DNA of 63,840 nt, the filler included, from Phoronis australis (Eukaryota; Animalia; Phoronida): NCBI GenBank assembly GCA_002633005.1. It is 11 parts of 11 records of this genome, joined end to end, with 100 filler letters (N's around TTAATTAATTAA, not from the genome) between each part and the next. Parts side by side here need not be neighbours in the genome. Positions count along the whole stretch, not along the records: positions 1 to 9,568 come from NMRA01001807.1; positions 9,669 to 13,298 come from NMRA01002932.1; 9 more parts are not named here. One strand, 5' to 3'. The position numbers were made by a program, and so were the translations under genes. Positions 1-10,668 of this stretch are shown in pieces; position 1 is the first letter of the stretch, and every line of letters starts with the position of its first letter. Below the pieces are notes generated by a model. It searched no databases and was not told the DNA's origin. It saw nothing but the letters and a program-made list of their open reading frames with translations.

Positions 1-82
1 AGTGTCCCAAAGCAGAGTGTCCCAAAGCAGAGTGTCCCAAAGCAGAGTGTCCCAAAGCAGAGTGTCCCAAAGCAGAGTGTCC
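1..82. repeat. 15-bp tandem repeat (AGTGTCCCAAAGCAG)n, ~5.4 copies, truncated at window start
   Basis: Exact 15-mer repeated directly in the sequence. Confidence 0.95.
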
Positions 83-1251
83 GCACACTGGCAAACATTG
101 GGTGATGGTGAATGTTTTTATGCAAGAAGTAGCTAAGGAAGACTTAGGAGTGATACAATGCGAGAACATGATGCCAGCTACAAACGTCATTTCACAGTTC
201 TTGATACATTGGGTTAACTGCAGCATCCCCTGCATAACATCCCCTATATAACATGAAAAATTCTGAGAACCAGTTTGATGTCATTTGTTCAATGGAGAAA
301 ACTGGTTCTCGAAATGTAGGTACAATATATACCATTGTGGGTTGTGGCATTGCCTTGCTGTTTGCTTGGTGCTAGTTTTGAGCTGTGCTATAGAAAAGGG
401 CAGTATGAACATCGTTATTTAAACTTTGCTTCAGTTTTGAAAATGAAAGCTATGTGATTTTTTCATTCATTTTTTTGAAATTTCCAGTTTTAAGTCCAAA
501 CTTGTGGCAGTCTGTCAGTATATCACACAGTGTCGTTGACGTGATTTTTTGTCCCCGCAGCACCTTGTGGGAGACATAGTATATTCCCAAAGGTCTGTCC
601 GCATGTCACACAATGTCGTTGGCGTGAATCTCCAAAAGGAGATCTTTTATTTATGCTGCTGCTACAATATGGAACTCTCTTAGCCCGATTAATACTGTCT
701 AATATTAATTAGTGGCTGTAATTTACTTACCCATTCTTAAACCTTGCCTTTCTTAATTATGTCATTTTTCATTATTGCAAATGTTCTCACTAATTAGTAT
801 CTCTCTATTTCATCTCACTTGGTCAAAGTTTCATCCTCTACCTGTTATAATTGCTGCTTTGTTACCTGTGTCTAATTATTGTTATACTACTTTGTTGCTG
901 TTGATGTTTGCCCCCTTGAAAAGCTGCAGTGCTGTTACTGAAGAGGCTACACTCATTTTAACTATTAAAATAAATAAATAAATTATATAGTTGATGCTTG
1001 AGCCAGATTTACTGTATAGTTGTAATGTCGTGATCTTTGCATTTTAGCCTGAACAAAAGAATAATTTTTTATACTTAGCAGTTGTTAGCTGACTAATTTG
1101 TATTTTGGTTATGGCTGGTTGGCAAAAGCAAAAGAACAGTTAAGATAGGTTGCATATCAGAAAAAACCTATGTATTATCTTTTATTGGAATATGAAACCA
1201 AGTAATATAGAGGTGAGAAATTATATTTCTGCCATGACCTAAATACCAGGC

Positions 1252-1472
1252 TTAAAGGTATGGTAGGAACTTTAAAATCAGCGCACATGTGAACAATATA
1301 TTGTTCGATGTTTCGGTTTATTGTCTCTTCGGTACCTATACAGTATGTTCAACACCTGTATCACCTGATTGGAATGTTGTGAATTTTTTCTTGGGAGACA
1401 ATAAATCAAAATGTCGATAAATATGCCGTTGTTTACATATGCGCCGATTTTGAAGTTCGTACTCGTAATTTG
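1252..1472. mobile_element. Palindromic MITE, possibly Kolobok-type (begins TTAA-AGG)
   Basis: Long imperfect inverted arms: ggaactttaaaatcagcgcacatgtgaacaa...tttattgtctc versus gagacaataaa...tgtttacatatgcgccgattttgaagttc. TTAAAGG at the left end; right TTAA not preserved. Confidence 0.5.
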
Positions 1473-1864
1473 GCCAAAACCAATTGTGATTAAAGGTATG
1501 CATAATGTTTTCCTATTATCACAATGTTACTGGTCTGTTTCTTCCTCCGATGATAAGTATTTTGTAGATTATATTTTGTTAGGTGTAGATAATGTAAGAT
1601 AGAATTTGTGGTATTTATATATGTTCATATGCAGCACTTATGATGTTGTGTATTTGTTAACAGATCTTCACTAGATTCTCAATATTATTTTTTATAAACT
1701 AGACTACTGTACAGTCATTTTTATTTTCTCAGACAAAGTTGTTTCCTTTTCCCTATTATAATTATGTATTTGTATGTATGTATGTTTTTAAAATAAACAC
1801 TGTGTGATTAGATATAGTGCTTATCTTTTATATTAAAATTGTATTTCAGTTAAAATAATTGCAT

Positions 1865-2303
1865 TGTAAGTACAACCAACCAATTGGGATGTGTCATGTA
1901 TGCTCTGAATATGTCCCGAAAATAATGGGTGCGTCGCAAGCTCCGTTTCCAGAGATACAAAGGAGACCGTGTATAGGCGATATAAGGTCATTTATTTTGA
2001 CTGATAAGGTACAGAAATATGAGTGTACAAATAACATAAAGATAAAATAATAATCTCTGGAAAGATGGGCAATAAAAAGCGCCAGCACTCAGGTAAGAGG
2101 AATTACCCAAAGGAGAGGGTGGTAGGGGGTGGGAAAAAATGAAGAGAGGTTAGACTCGAACCCAAGTGCTGCTAAAGCGAAGTACTGATGGCAGGAAATA
2201 TAACTTTACTGAGAACAAAGGAGCCCTATGACACGTGAAAATCATCAGCCTATGGGAGCCAGGAGCTGACCGAACTCGTGGCAGTAACACAAACGAACCA
2301 ACA
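1865..2303. repeat. Dispersed repeat family B, copy 1 (solo-LTR-like, TGT...ACA)
   Basis: Colinear similarity with 6770-7165 (gtgcgtcgcaagctc, taggcgatataaggtcattta, gatgggcaataaaaagc, gacacgtga.aatcatcagcctat). Ends TG..CA but no TSD found. Confidence 0.6.
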
Positions 2304-3398
2304 GTGGACGCATTATGCCGTCATCTCCGTCCGGGCGGCGTCCGTCTGCCGTCCGCTGCTTTATCTCCAAAACCCTTTGACATACGTTCATGAAATTTGG
2401 CACATATGTTCCATTCATGAATGGGACGGCATGTGCGAACTTTCGGACGGATTCGACTACCGGTGTGCCCCCTAGTGGCAATTTTAGTTTTTTACACTTA
2501 CCTTTGTATCTTCAAAAGTCCTGAACGGATTTTCATGAAATTTGGTATGTAGGCACCTATTAGTGAGATGACGCTATTCTCCCGTTTTCAGATGGATTCG
2601 ACATAGTTTGCGCCACCTAGTGGCTATTTTTAGTGTTTTCGAGTCTGTTTTTGTGCGTCCACCCCTCTATCAACCAAACCGCTCAAAGGATGATTTTGAA
2701 AATTGGCATGTATATGCTTACTATGTAGAAGACAGTTGACGATGATTTTCTGATGATTTCGACTACTGTGGCGCCTTCTAGTAGCAGTTTTTTTTTGTTT
2801 TTTTTGCGCTTATGGCTGTATCTCTTAAACCGTTCGCAGGATCTTTACGAAATTGTGTAAGTATATTTATATGATGTCAGCAACAAAAGATGATGACTTT
2901 TGGACGGATCCGACTACCGGTGTGCCTCCTAGTGGCAATTTTATTGCTGTTTTCAAATCTTGTTTTTGGCGTCCATCCCTGTTTCAACCAAATCATTTGA
3001 AAATTGGCATATATGTTCTCAGTGTGAAGACGACCTTTGACTGACTACTGTGGCGCCTCCAAGTGGTAGTTTTGTTTTGCGCCCATAGTTGTATCTCCTA
3101 AATCCACGGCAGGACCTTTATTAAATTTAGTTAGTGTATTTTTATGAAGATAACAACAGACGACGACTTTCAGGCAGATCCAACGGACACTGTGCCCACT
3201 AGTGGCAATTTCATTTTATTCTGTTTTCCTTTGTTTCTCTGACAGATTTTTATGAAATATAGCATGTTCCTGTTTTGGATGGATTGTATGTTTTTGTGCC
3301 ATCTAGTTGCCATTTTTATGATACAAATAAATAACCCTAAAACAAGCCATTTGCAATGCATTCGTGGGCGCATTTCAACGTTCCGCGTTGCTCTTGTT
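2304..3398 (+). mobile_element. Non-autonomous Helentron-associated (HINE/DINE-1-like) element, family A copy 1
   Basis: GTCC-type microsatellite near the 5' end, internal degenerate repeats with core gactac.g.tgtgcccctagtggcaattt, 3' subTIR GTGGGCGCAT followed by hairpin CAACG-ttccg-CGTTG and ctcttgtt. Matches copies at 9669, 21965 and 58213. Confidence 0.8.
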
Positions 3399-4977
3399 GG
3401 AAATAGTGTTCATTATTTATTCTCATCTAATCATTTATTTGTAAGTTTTCCTGCAGTGTGTTTATTGTCTTTGTCTTGTATTTAAATATTTGTTTTGTAT
3501 TACATTCTATATCTGGTTGTATTCATGAAGGTATAAGTGGTTAGGTTTATTTTTCTGAATTTATTACTAATCCCTTGTAACACACTTTGTTCTCAAGCTC
3601 TTCGTTACAAACTAGCTGAGAATCTCAACATTGACCCATCAATGGCCAATATTACGTACCTCGCCTGCCCCAGCTGTGTCTTTTGAAGAGTACAAAGGTC
3701 TTTACCTGTATTACAATATAGGAGGTTGCTGCACCCCTAAAGGCAATGGTCATGTAGCTCAAGTGTGCTTGAACCTAATTGAAAATTGCTGCAATAAAAT
3801 GATGACAATCCAACATTATGTTCAAAATCCTGTCCACTCATAGATTTTGCTCGTCTTTGTTGTGAATTTTTAGAAATACATTTATGAAAGAAAAGTGTGC
3901 CGAGCAACATTTTTAGGGTCACCCTGTGATGACAAGAGTTTACATTGTGGATAGAAATGAGTTCCGTTGATTGATTTTGGAGTCAGGTTTAGTGGACTAC
4001 TACGCAAATGACATGTTTATGTATTATAGCTTAACATCCGGTTAATTGCTTGAAGTCTGTATATATGATAAGAGCCAAGTTTTCTCCTGAGATGAGTGGA
4101 CCCATGTTTTGCTTACTATGGTGGGGAATGTTCAGTCTTGGCTAACCTCATCACTTCAGATTTGAACCTAATGCCTATAAGTAAGCGAGAGAGGTCTGTT
4201 GTGGCTGTACACTGTTAAATTTTAAATTGGCACTTTTACAAACGTAACAAAAATTGATTCGGTGAGTCACAGAATACATTCTGCTTGTAAACTGCTTTGT
4301 GCAGAAACTTGACACCCCAGTTGTGTGCTTAGTGTAACTGAATTAGGCACAAGATCATGATACAGACTGAAATTGTGCAACACAAAGCAGCTCTTTTAGC
4401 CACTGGGAGAATATTTGACTGTGGGTTCAGTATGGGATGTTTTCTAATATTCAGTGTTCAGTGATAATTGCTATATTGGTTTCAGTCGTGCCGAATACTT
4501 TGACTGTCCTGACTACACCAACTGGACATCAGCTGACTGGTTCTACTTCAGCTGTCAGCTCCATGGTTACCCCGTTCATGTACCCAACTTCCTGCAGGTT
4601 GTCATAGAGATGCCACTAATGAATCATGTGACTGAGTTCATCTATAGAGTGGGTGTGGACAAGCACAGCATAAGTAGGTCCATATAGAGGTACTTCAAAG
4701 TTTGAGAGGATCATGGAGCTAGGGTATTAGGATTTTTACCTACTTTTTCTTAAGGTTTGACACCATAAAAAGGGGCTTTTTCTGGCATTCGCATTAAATT
4801 GACAATTTCTTCGAAAGTTTTAAACCAACCTTTGTAAAAATAGACAATGAGACATTTTTTGCCTAATGTGCAGAACAATGACACTGTAACTCTCTCAATA
4901 AACCCATCTGTTGGGAGTCTGTTTTGAGAAAAATGCTAATGGGTGCGATATTGCCATGAAATATAATGTGGCATTGC

Positions 4978-5195
4978 CTAACTACTGTATCCCTGAAGTC
5001 TGACATAATGTGACGTTACCCACCTACTGTATCAAGTCTGACATAATGTGACGTTGCCCACCTACTGCATCAAGTCTGACATAATGTGACGTTGCCCACC
5101 TACTGTATCAAGTCTGACATAATGTGACGTTGCCCACCTACTGTATCAAGTCTGACATAATGTGACGTTACCCACCTACTGTATCAAGTCTGTCA
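4978..5195. repeat. 38-bp minisatellite, ~5 copies
   Basis: Unit aagtctgacataatgtgacgttgcccacctactgtatc repeated in tandem. Confidence 0.95.
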
Positions 5196-5490
5196 TAGTG
5201 CTGCATGCAGTCATCTCTAATTAAAGGCGAAGGCAACCTTTTTCCATGTCATTTTGAGCTAAAATAAGGTTGGTTGGTTATCCTAGACATATTTTCCACT
5301 TAATTACAGCTTTTCGTAATTTTATTGATTACTCGTCCGCTACTCCGGAAGTGACGTTATAGGAGGCAAGCATTTCGCGCCAATTTATTTTTCATATATT
5401 CTGACTGTGAGAGCTGCCGATTCAGTCATTGTTCTACCTCGGTTGTGTTAAGTTCCGACGTCGTTTGCTTTCATTTACTTGTCAGTCAAC

Positions 5491-6049
5491 ATGCCACTCT
5501 GTTGCTGCGTACCAGGATGTACTAATTATCGGCTCACGCGCGCTTTGGGAGTACCTTTGCATCGCTTTCCGAGGGATGACACACTTCACCGTACTTGGCT
5601 CGTTCGTGTGAAGAACGCAGCGTTACCCATCCACGCAACGTACAAAGCAGTGGAGAATTATCGTGTGTGTGGCAAGCACTTTCTGCCGTCCGATTACGAA
5701 AGGGATTTGTACGCTGAACTGATGAAGGTCCCTGCGAAACAACGTCTGAAGAAGGATGCCATTCCATCTGTGTTGATTCCCGGCAGTGCCTCGTAGCCAC
5801 CCCCGAGAAGTGCATTTTTGAAGCGAGAAGCCTCGCGAGCTGTGGCCAGTACAGTGACAGGAGAGAGTGGAGGCACTTCATCTACTGTCACCCGTGCCTC
5901 CGAACGTACCCCAGAGCGTGCAATTCCTGGAACCAGTAGTGATTCGCCCTGTGCTGTTTTCTCCAGCCCAGAGCCTCTAAGCAGCCCTGCAGCGATATTG
6001 AGTAGTGGGAGTGATTACAGGCTCAGTTCGACACCCAGTGAAGAGGACA
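5491..6049 (+). pseudogene. THAP-domain ORF with in-frame TAG (5794-5796); probably a DNA-transposon (Kolobok-like) gene remnant running into an N gap
   Basis: MPLCCCVPGC...HRFP...W...VCGKHF...AIPS gives the THAP C2CH signature plus AVPT-like box. The same frame continues past TAG (PRSAFLKRE...SEED). TTAA-AGG terminus-like sequence at 5221. Confidence 0.8.
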
Positions 6050-6769
6050 NNNNNNNNNNNNNNNNNNNNNNNNNNNNNNNNNNNNNNNNNNNNNNNNNNN
6101 NNNNNNNNNNNNNNNNNNNNNNNNNNNNNNNNNNNNNNNNNNNNNNNNNNNNNNNNNNNNNNNNNNNNNNNNNNNNNNNNNNNNNNNNNNNNNNNNNNNN
6201 NNNNNNNNNNNNNNNNNNNNNNNNNNNNNNNNNNNNNNNNNNNNNNNNNNNNNNNNNNNNNNNNNNNNNNNNNNNNNNNNNNNNNNNNNNNNNNNNNNNN
6301 NNNNNNNNNNNNNNNNNNNNNNNNNNNNNNNNNNNNNNNNNNNNNNNNNNNNNNNNNNNNNNNNNNNNNNNNNNNNNNNNNNNNNNNNNNNNNNNNNNNN
6401 NNNNNNNNNNNNNNNNNNNNNNNNNNNNNNNNNNNNNNNNNNNNNNNNNNNNNNNNNNNNNNNNNNNNNNNGGTGGTTTGTTTGAAAGGTAGCTATGCTT
6501 TGAGATTGTGCGTAGATGGAGAATGAATAATTAAATCCAGTAATTAAATTATTAAATGATAACCCCTAATTAGACAAGTGAAACCTGTTGTTATTTAAGT
6601 AATGATGAACTACAAAGAAGAGTAACTACGCTAGCGCCCTCTTTAAAGATTACTTTAATCAATCAACCAAAATAATCATATGTCTTATCTGCTATCCAAG
6701 CTAGGACTCCACTTGTTGGATGTCTGTCCTGTTGGTGAATCTTCGAACTACACACACTGTTTATGATCG

Positions 6770-7165
6770 ACATATGTCCCGGATAGTAGGTAAATGATAC
6801 GTGCGTCGCAAGCTCGTTACCAGAGATGAAAGGAGACTGATGTAGGCGATATAAGGTCATTTATTATGACTAGTACAATTACAATAAAATGAATACAGGT
6901 AAATAAGTATAATAGGTAATCTCTAGTAAGATGGGCAATAAAAAGCGCCGGCCACGTGGAAGTACGAGAGAATGACGAAAACTGGGAGGAAGAGGGTCGG
7001 AAAATTGAATGAGTTTTTGACGTACGACAATGTGGCCGGAATAAAGTGAATTGAAAGCGAGGTTACAATAACAAAGTAAAACGCCCCTAAAGACACGTGA
7101 CAATCATCAGCCTATAAGAGCCAAGAGCTGACCAAACTCGAGGCACGTGATAACAACAGACCAAT
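6770..7165. repeat. Dispersed repeat family B, copy 2
   Basis: Diverged colinear match to 1865-2303. Confidence 0.65.
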
Positions 7166-8027
7166 GCGAAGGCTGGAAAAACGACGTGTAGTCCTACACA
7201 AGGGAATAATGGAATAGACCAAGATGAGGGGGGAAAAGGAGTAAGACGGGTCCATATGCTCACATAAATATATTTAACGAGTGAAAACCCATATAGCGAC
7301 AGTGTACTTGCTGGTCACCGTCTCTGGTGATGCAACACTTGCAGGCAATTTCTTCTACCCACGATTCTTCTTGCTGGTCACAGTCTCTGGCAGGTGACGC
7401 AACACTTCAGGGTGTATATTACTACCCACCATGCAAGTGACAAGCTCTTAGTTAACTTCCTGTTCGTTAACCTTTGCCCTAGCCAAGATCCTTTCTAGAA
7501 TCTTCCACGAGATGGCTCTGTCGTACAATTTCCTCTGTACACTGTAGCAAGTGGTTATGCTTCAACTACTATAGCCCATCTGAATTTATTGTTGACTTAT
7601 AAGCTCATATTATAATATTCTACTTATAATTTAGTGATTGGTTAATAAAAACCACATGATCATATCCAATCATATCATTGGCTGTTACAGTTTATTCCCA
7701 GAATTTTCTAGAATCTCTAGAGTACTTTGATCCCAGAACCAAAAGTTGTAAACACCATTTAAAAATTGATTTTGACGTTAAAGTACATGTCAACAAGTTT
7801 GACCCCATGATTTAAAAGTACATATGCACAAATTTTGGGCTACTTAAAATGGATCTCTTCTTACTAGTTACTTAATCAATATTTATTCTGACAGCAAGTT
7901 TACAGAAGAACGTAAGGTGGTGAACTTTTTCCTTGGTAACACTGACCTCCTATTTATAGCCATCACTGTACTGTTGATGTTGTTTGTGTTTAACTACCCT
8001 TCTTACTTCTGTTGGCAACTTGCAAGG

Positions 8028-8455
8028 TGGTGGTAACTACTTGATAGACAATGAACAGTACCTCCATCCTGTATGGTGGTAACAACTTGATAAGACAATG
8101 AACAGTACGTCCATCCTGTATGGTGGTAACTACTTGATAGACAATGAACAGTACCTCCATCCTGTATGGTGGTAACTACTTGATAGACAATGAACAGTAC
8201 CTCCATCCTGTATGGTGGTAACAACTTGATAAGACAATGAACAGTACCTCCACCCTGGATGTTGGTAACAACTTGATAGACAATGAACAGTACCTCCATC
8301 CTGTATGGTGGTCACTATTTGGTAGACAGTGAACTGTTGAGTACCTCCATCCTGGATGCTGATAACTACTTGACAGACAACGAACAGTACCTCCATCTTG
8401 GATAATGGTATCTATTTGGTAGATAATGAACAGCTCCCCTTTCCTGTATGTTTCA
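8028..8455. repeat. 46/47-bp minisatellite, ~9 copies
   Basis: Unit tggtggtaactacttgatagacaatgaacagtacctccatcctgta, degenerating toward the 3' end. It explains the repetitive minus-strand ORFs at 8003-8490. Confidence 0.95.
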
Positions 8456-8536
8456 AATTCTACTTTAAATTTTGACTTTGAGTCTATCATGATCCTGTTA
8501 TTTGTTTTTCCAATTTAGTTTGATCTTTTGTTTTAG

Positions 8537-8702
8537 TTCTATCAAACTTCGATTTATGATCAAAGAAAGAAATCAGTGACCATTTCTGGCCTTGTCCCAA
8601 ACACCCAGTATACATTCTGTGTGACAGCTCAGCCAAACTCACCTGCTGCCCTCTATTGGAGTAATCCTAGTAATGTGGCTAGGGTGACAACACCTGCAAC
8701 AG
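8537..8702 (+). CDS. Internal exon encoding the C-terminal half of a fibronectin type III domain (gene unidentified)
   Basis: ttttag| FYQTSIYDQRKKSVTISGLVPNTQYTFCVTAQPNSPAALYWSNPSNVARVTTPAT G|gtttgt. Has the FN3 LxPxTxYxFxVxA motif and a phase-1 end typical of FN3 exons. Not in the ORF track. Confidence 0.8.
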
Positions 8703-9492
8703 GTTTGTATTTGACTTATTTACATCAACTGTTATGAATGAGTAATAGAAACTAGTTGTTGTAGGATTTAGCCGCCGTGGTCAATTTCCTTTTCAAAAGC
8801 TACACAAACGTATCTCAGCCATTTTCGATCAATTGGTTCTATTAGCAACTGGGCAACAATCACTTTTTACATTCATTTGAACTTGTAAAAGCATTTATCG
8901 TCATCATTTTGACATTTGTCACTTTTATTTTTGTATTCAAGCCTTAGGGTTTATTTTACATTACTCATTTTTATATATCCTCCGGGTTTTACATTTGTAT
9001 TCATACACATCTCTACTCGACACTTGATTGGTCACTCATCTTTCCTTACTCCAGAATAGCATGGTCTACTTTATTCAGCCACCTACCGCATTGCCTGCCT
9101 GAACTCTACTCTTTTTTCTCAGTATTTTCCCACCCTCCATCCCATCATCAGTTTTTATTCTTATTAATATTATCTGTCAGGTCTTAAGGCTTTTTTGTTA
9201 GTCTTTATTTTCTCTTTGTACATTTTCTGTCAGAACCTTCAGGTGTTTCTTAATACTTTTGTTTTTCCTTGTATTATTAAGGACACTTCTATGTATACGC
9301 CATTTGTGTTTTTTCCATGCCCATGTTGCAGAGTCGTCCTTCATTTCTTCTACTTAGGTCATAATAAACAACATTATTCACAATCCTCATCTTGTTTTAC
9401 TCTGCAGCCTAGCTCGTGGCATACCTCGGGTAAAATAGATTACAAGAAATGATCTTAATTTATTAAGAGCAAGTTTGAAAGGGTAATTTGTG

Positions 9493-9568
9493 TGGTTTTA
9501 ACTCATGACTTATTGGCATTGAGGTATGATTGGTTTTAACTCATGACTTATTGGCATTGAGGTATGAT
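9493..9568. repeat. 38-bp tandem duplication at contig end
   Basis: tggttttaactcatgacttattggcattgaggtatgat twice. Confidence 0.85.
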
Positions 9569-9668
9569 NNNNNNNNNNNNNNNNNNNNNNNNNNNNNNNN
9601 NNNNNNNNNNNNTTAATTAATTAANNNNNNNNNNNNNNNNNNNNNNNNNNNNNNNNNNNNNNNNNNNN
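9569..9668. other. Artificial 100-nt contig linker N44-TTAATTAATTAA-N44 (also 13299-13398, 16171-16270, 20454-20553, 36888-36987, 39167-39266, 52852-52951, 55613-55712, 58510-58609, 61690-61789)
   Basis: Identical structure ten times; TTAATTAATTAA places stops in all six frames. Confidence 0.97.
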
Positions 9669-10613
9669 TACTGTTTTTAGTCTGTTTTTGGCGTCCACCC
9701 CTCTATCAAGTTAACCAAACTGCTCTAAGGATGATTGTGAAAATTGGCATGTATGTTCTTGCTATGAAGCTGACGATGATTTTCGGACGACTTTGATTAC
9801 TGTGGCGCCTCCTAGCGGCAAATTTTTTTTGTGCCCATGGCTGTATCTCCTAAACCGTTCGCAGCATCTTTGCTTAATTTAGCAAGTGTATTTATATGAT
9901 GTTGAGCATTCATGACTACAACTTTTGGACGGATCTGACTGCCAGTGTGCCCCCTTGTGCCAATTTTTTAGGTTTACCTCTGTATCTTCAAAGGTCCTCA
10001 GTGGATTATCAGAAAGTTTGGGATATAGGCATTTATTGGTTAGATGATGCTATCCTCCTGCTTTTGGATTGAAGCGATGTACTTTGCGCCACCTAGTGGC
10101 CTCTTTTCCTGTTTTCGAGTCTTGTTTTTTGGTGTCCACCCCTCGATCAACCAAACCATTCTGAGGATGATTTTGAAAATTGGCGTATATGTTCTCAGTG
10201 TGAAGAGGATGGTTGACGATAACAATGTTGACTACTGTGGCACCTCCTAGTGGTAGCTTTGCACCAAACCTGCATCTCCTAAACTCACTGCAGGATCTTT
10301 ATTAAATTTAGTAATCGTATATGAAGCTAACAACAGACAACGACATCTTTCAGGTGGATCCAATTAACGCTGTGCCCCATAGTGGCAATTTTTTTCTGTG
10401 CTCCTTCGTTTCTTTGATGTTCCTTGACAGATTTTTATAAAAATTGGTAAAGAGCTTTCTATTCAAGTAACGGTGGCATGTTCTCATTTTCAGATGGATT
10501 GGATGTTTTTTCGCCATTTAGTGGCTATTTTGTGAAACAAATAAATAGCCCAAGAAGCACTCCGTTTGCAGTGCATTCGTGGGCGCATTTCAACACTCTG
10601 CATTGCTCTTGTT
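9669..10613 (+). mobile_element. HINE-like family A copy 2 (5'-truncated by linker)
   Basis: Same internal repeats and 3' end (gcattcgtgggcgcatttcaac...ttgctcttgtt) as 2304-3398. Confidence 0.8.
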
Positions 10614-10668
10614 ACTGTATTTTTTGTTTGGTTTTGGGCAAAAGTCTACATCAACTGTCCATTTTCAG

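Noticed and set aside
1-251. Open frame (ECPKA)n...TSPI* through the 15-bp repeat
   Set aside because: The repeat unit is a stop-free multiple of 3; no motif or splice support, and it is truncated by the window edge.
2245-3485. Short ORFs repeated at 2.2-3.4, 10.0, 22.5 and 58.1 kb
   Set aside because: Chance frames within the non-coding HINE-like repeat.
4978-8455. 38-bp and 46-bp arrays as possible CRISPR arrays
   Set aside because: Units are head-to-tail with no unique spacers, there are no cas genes, and the context is eukaryotic; these are minisatellites.
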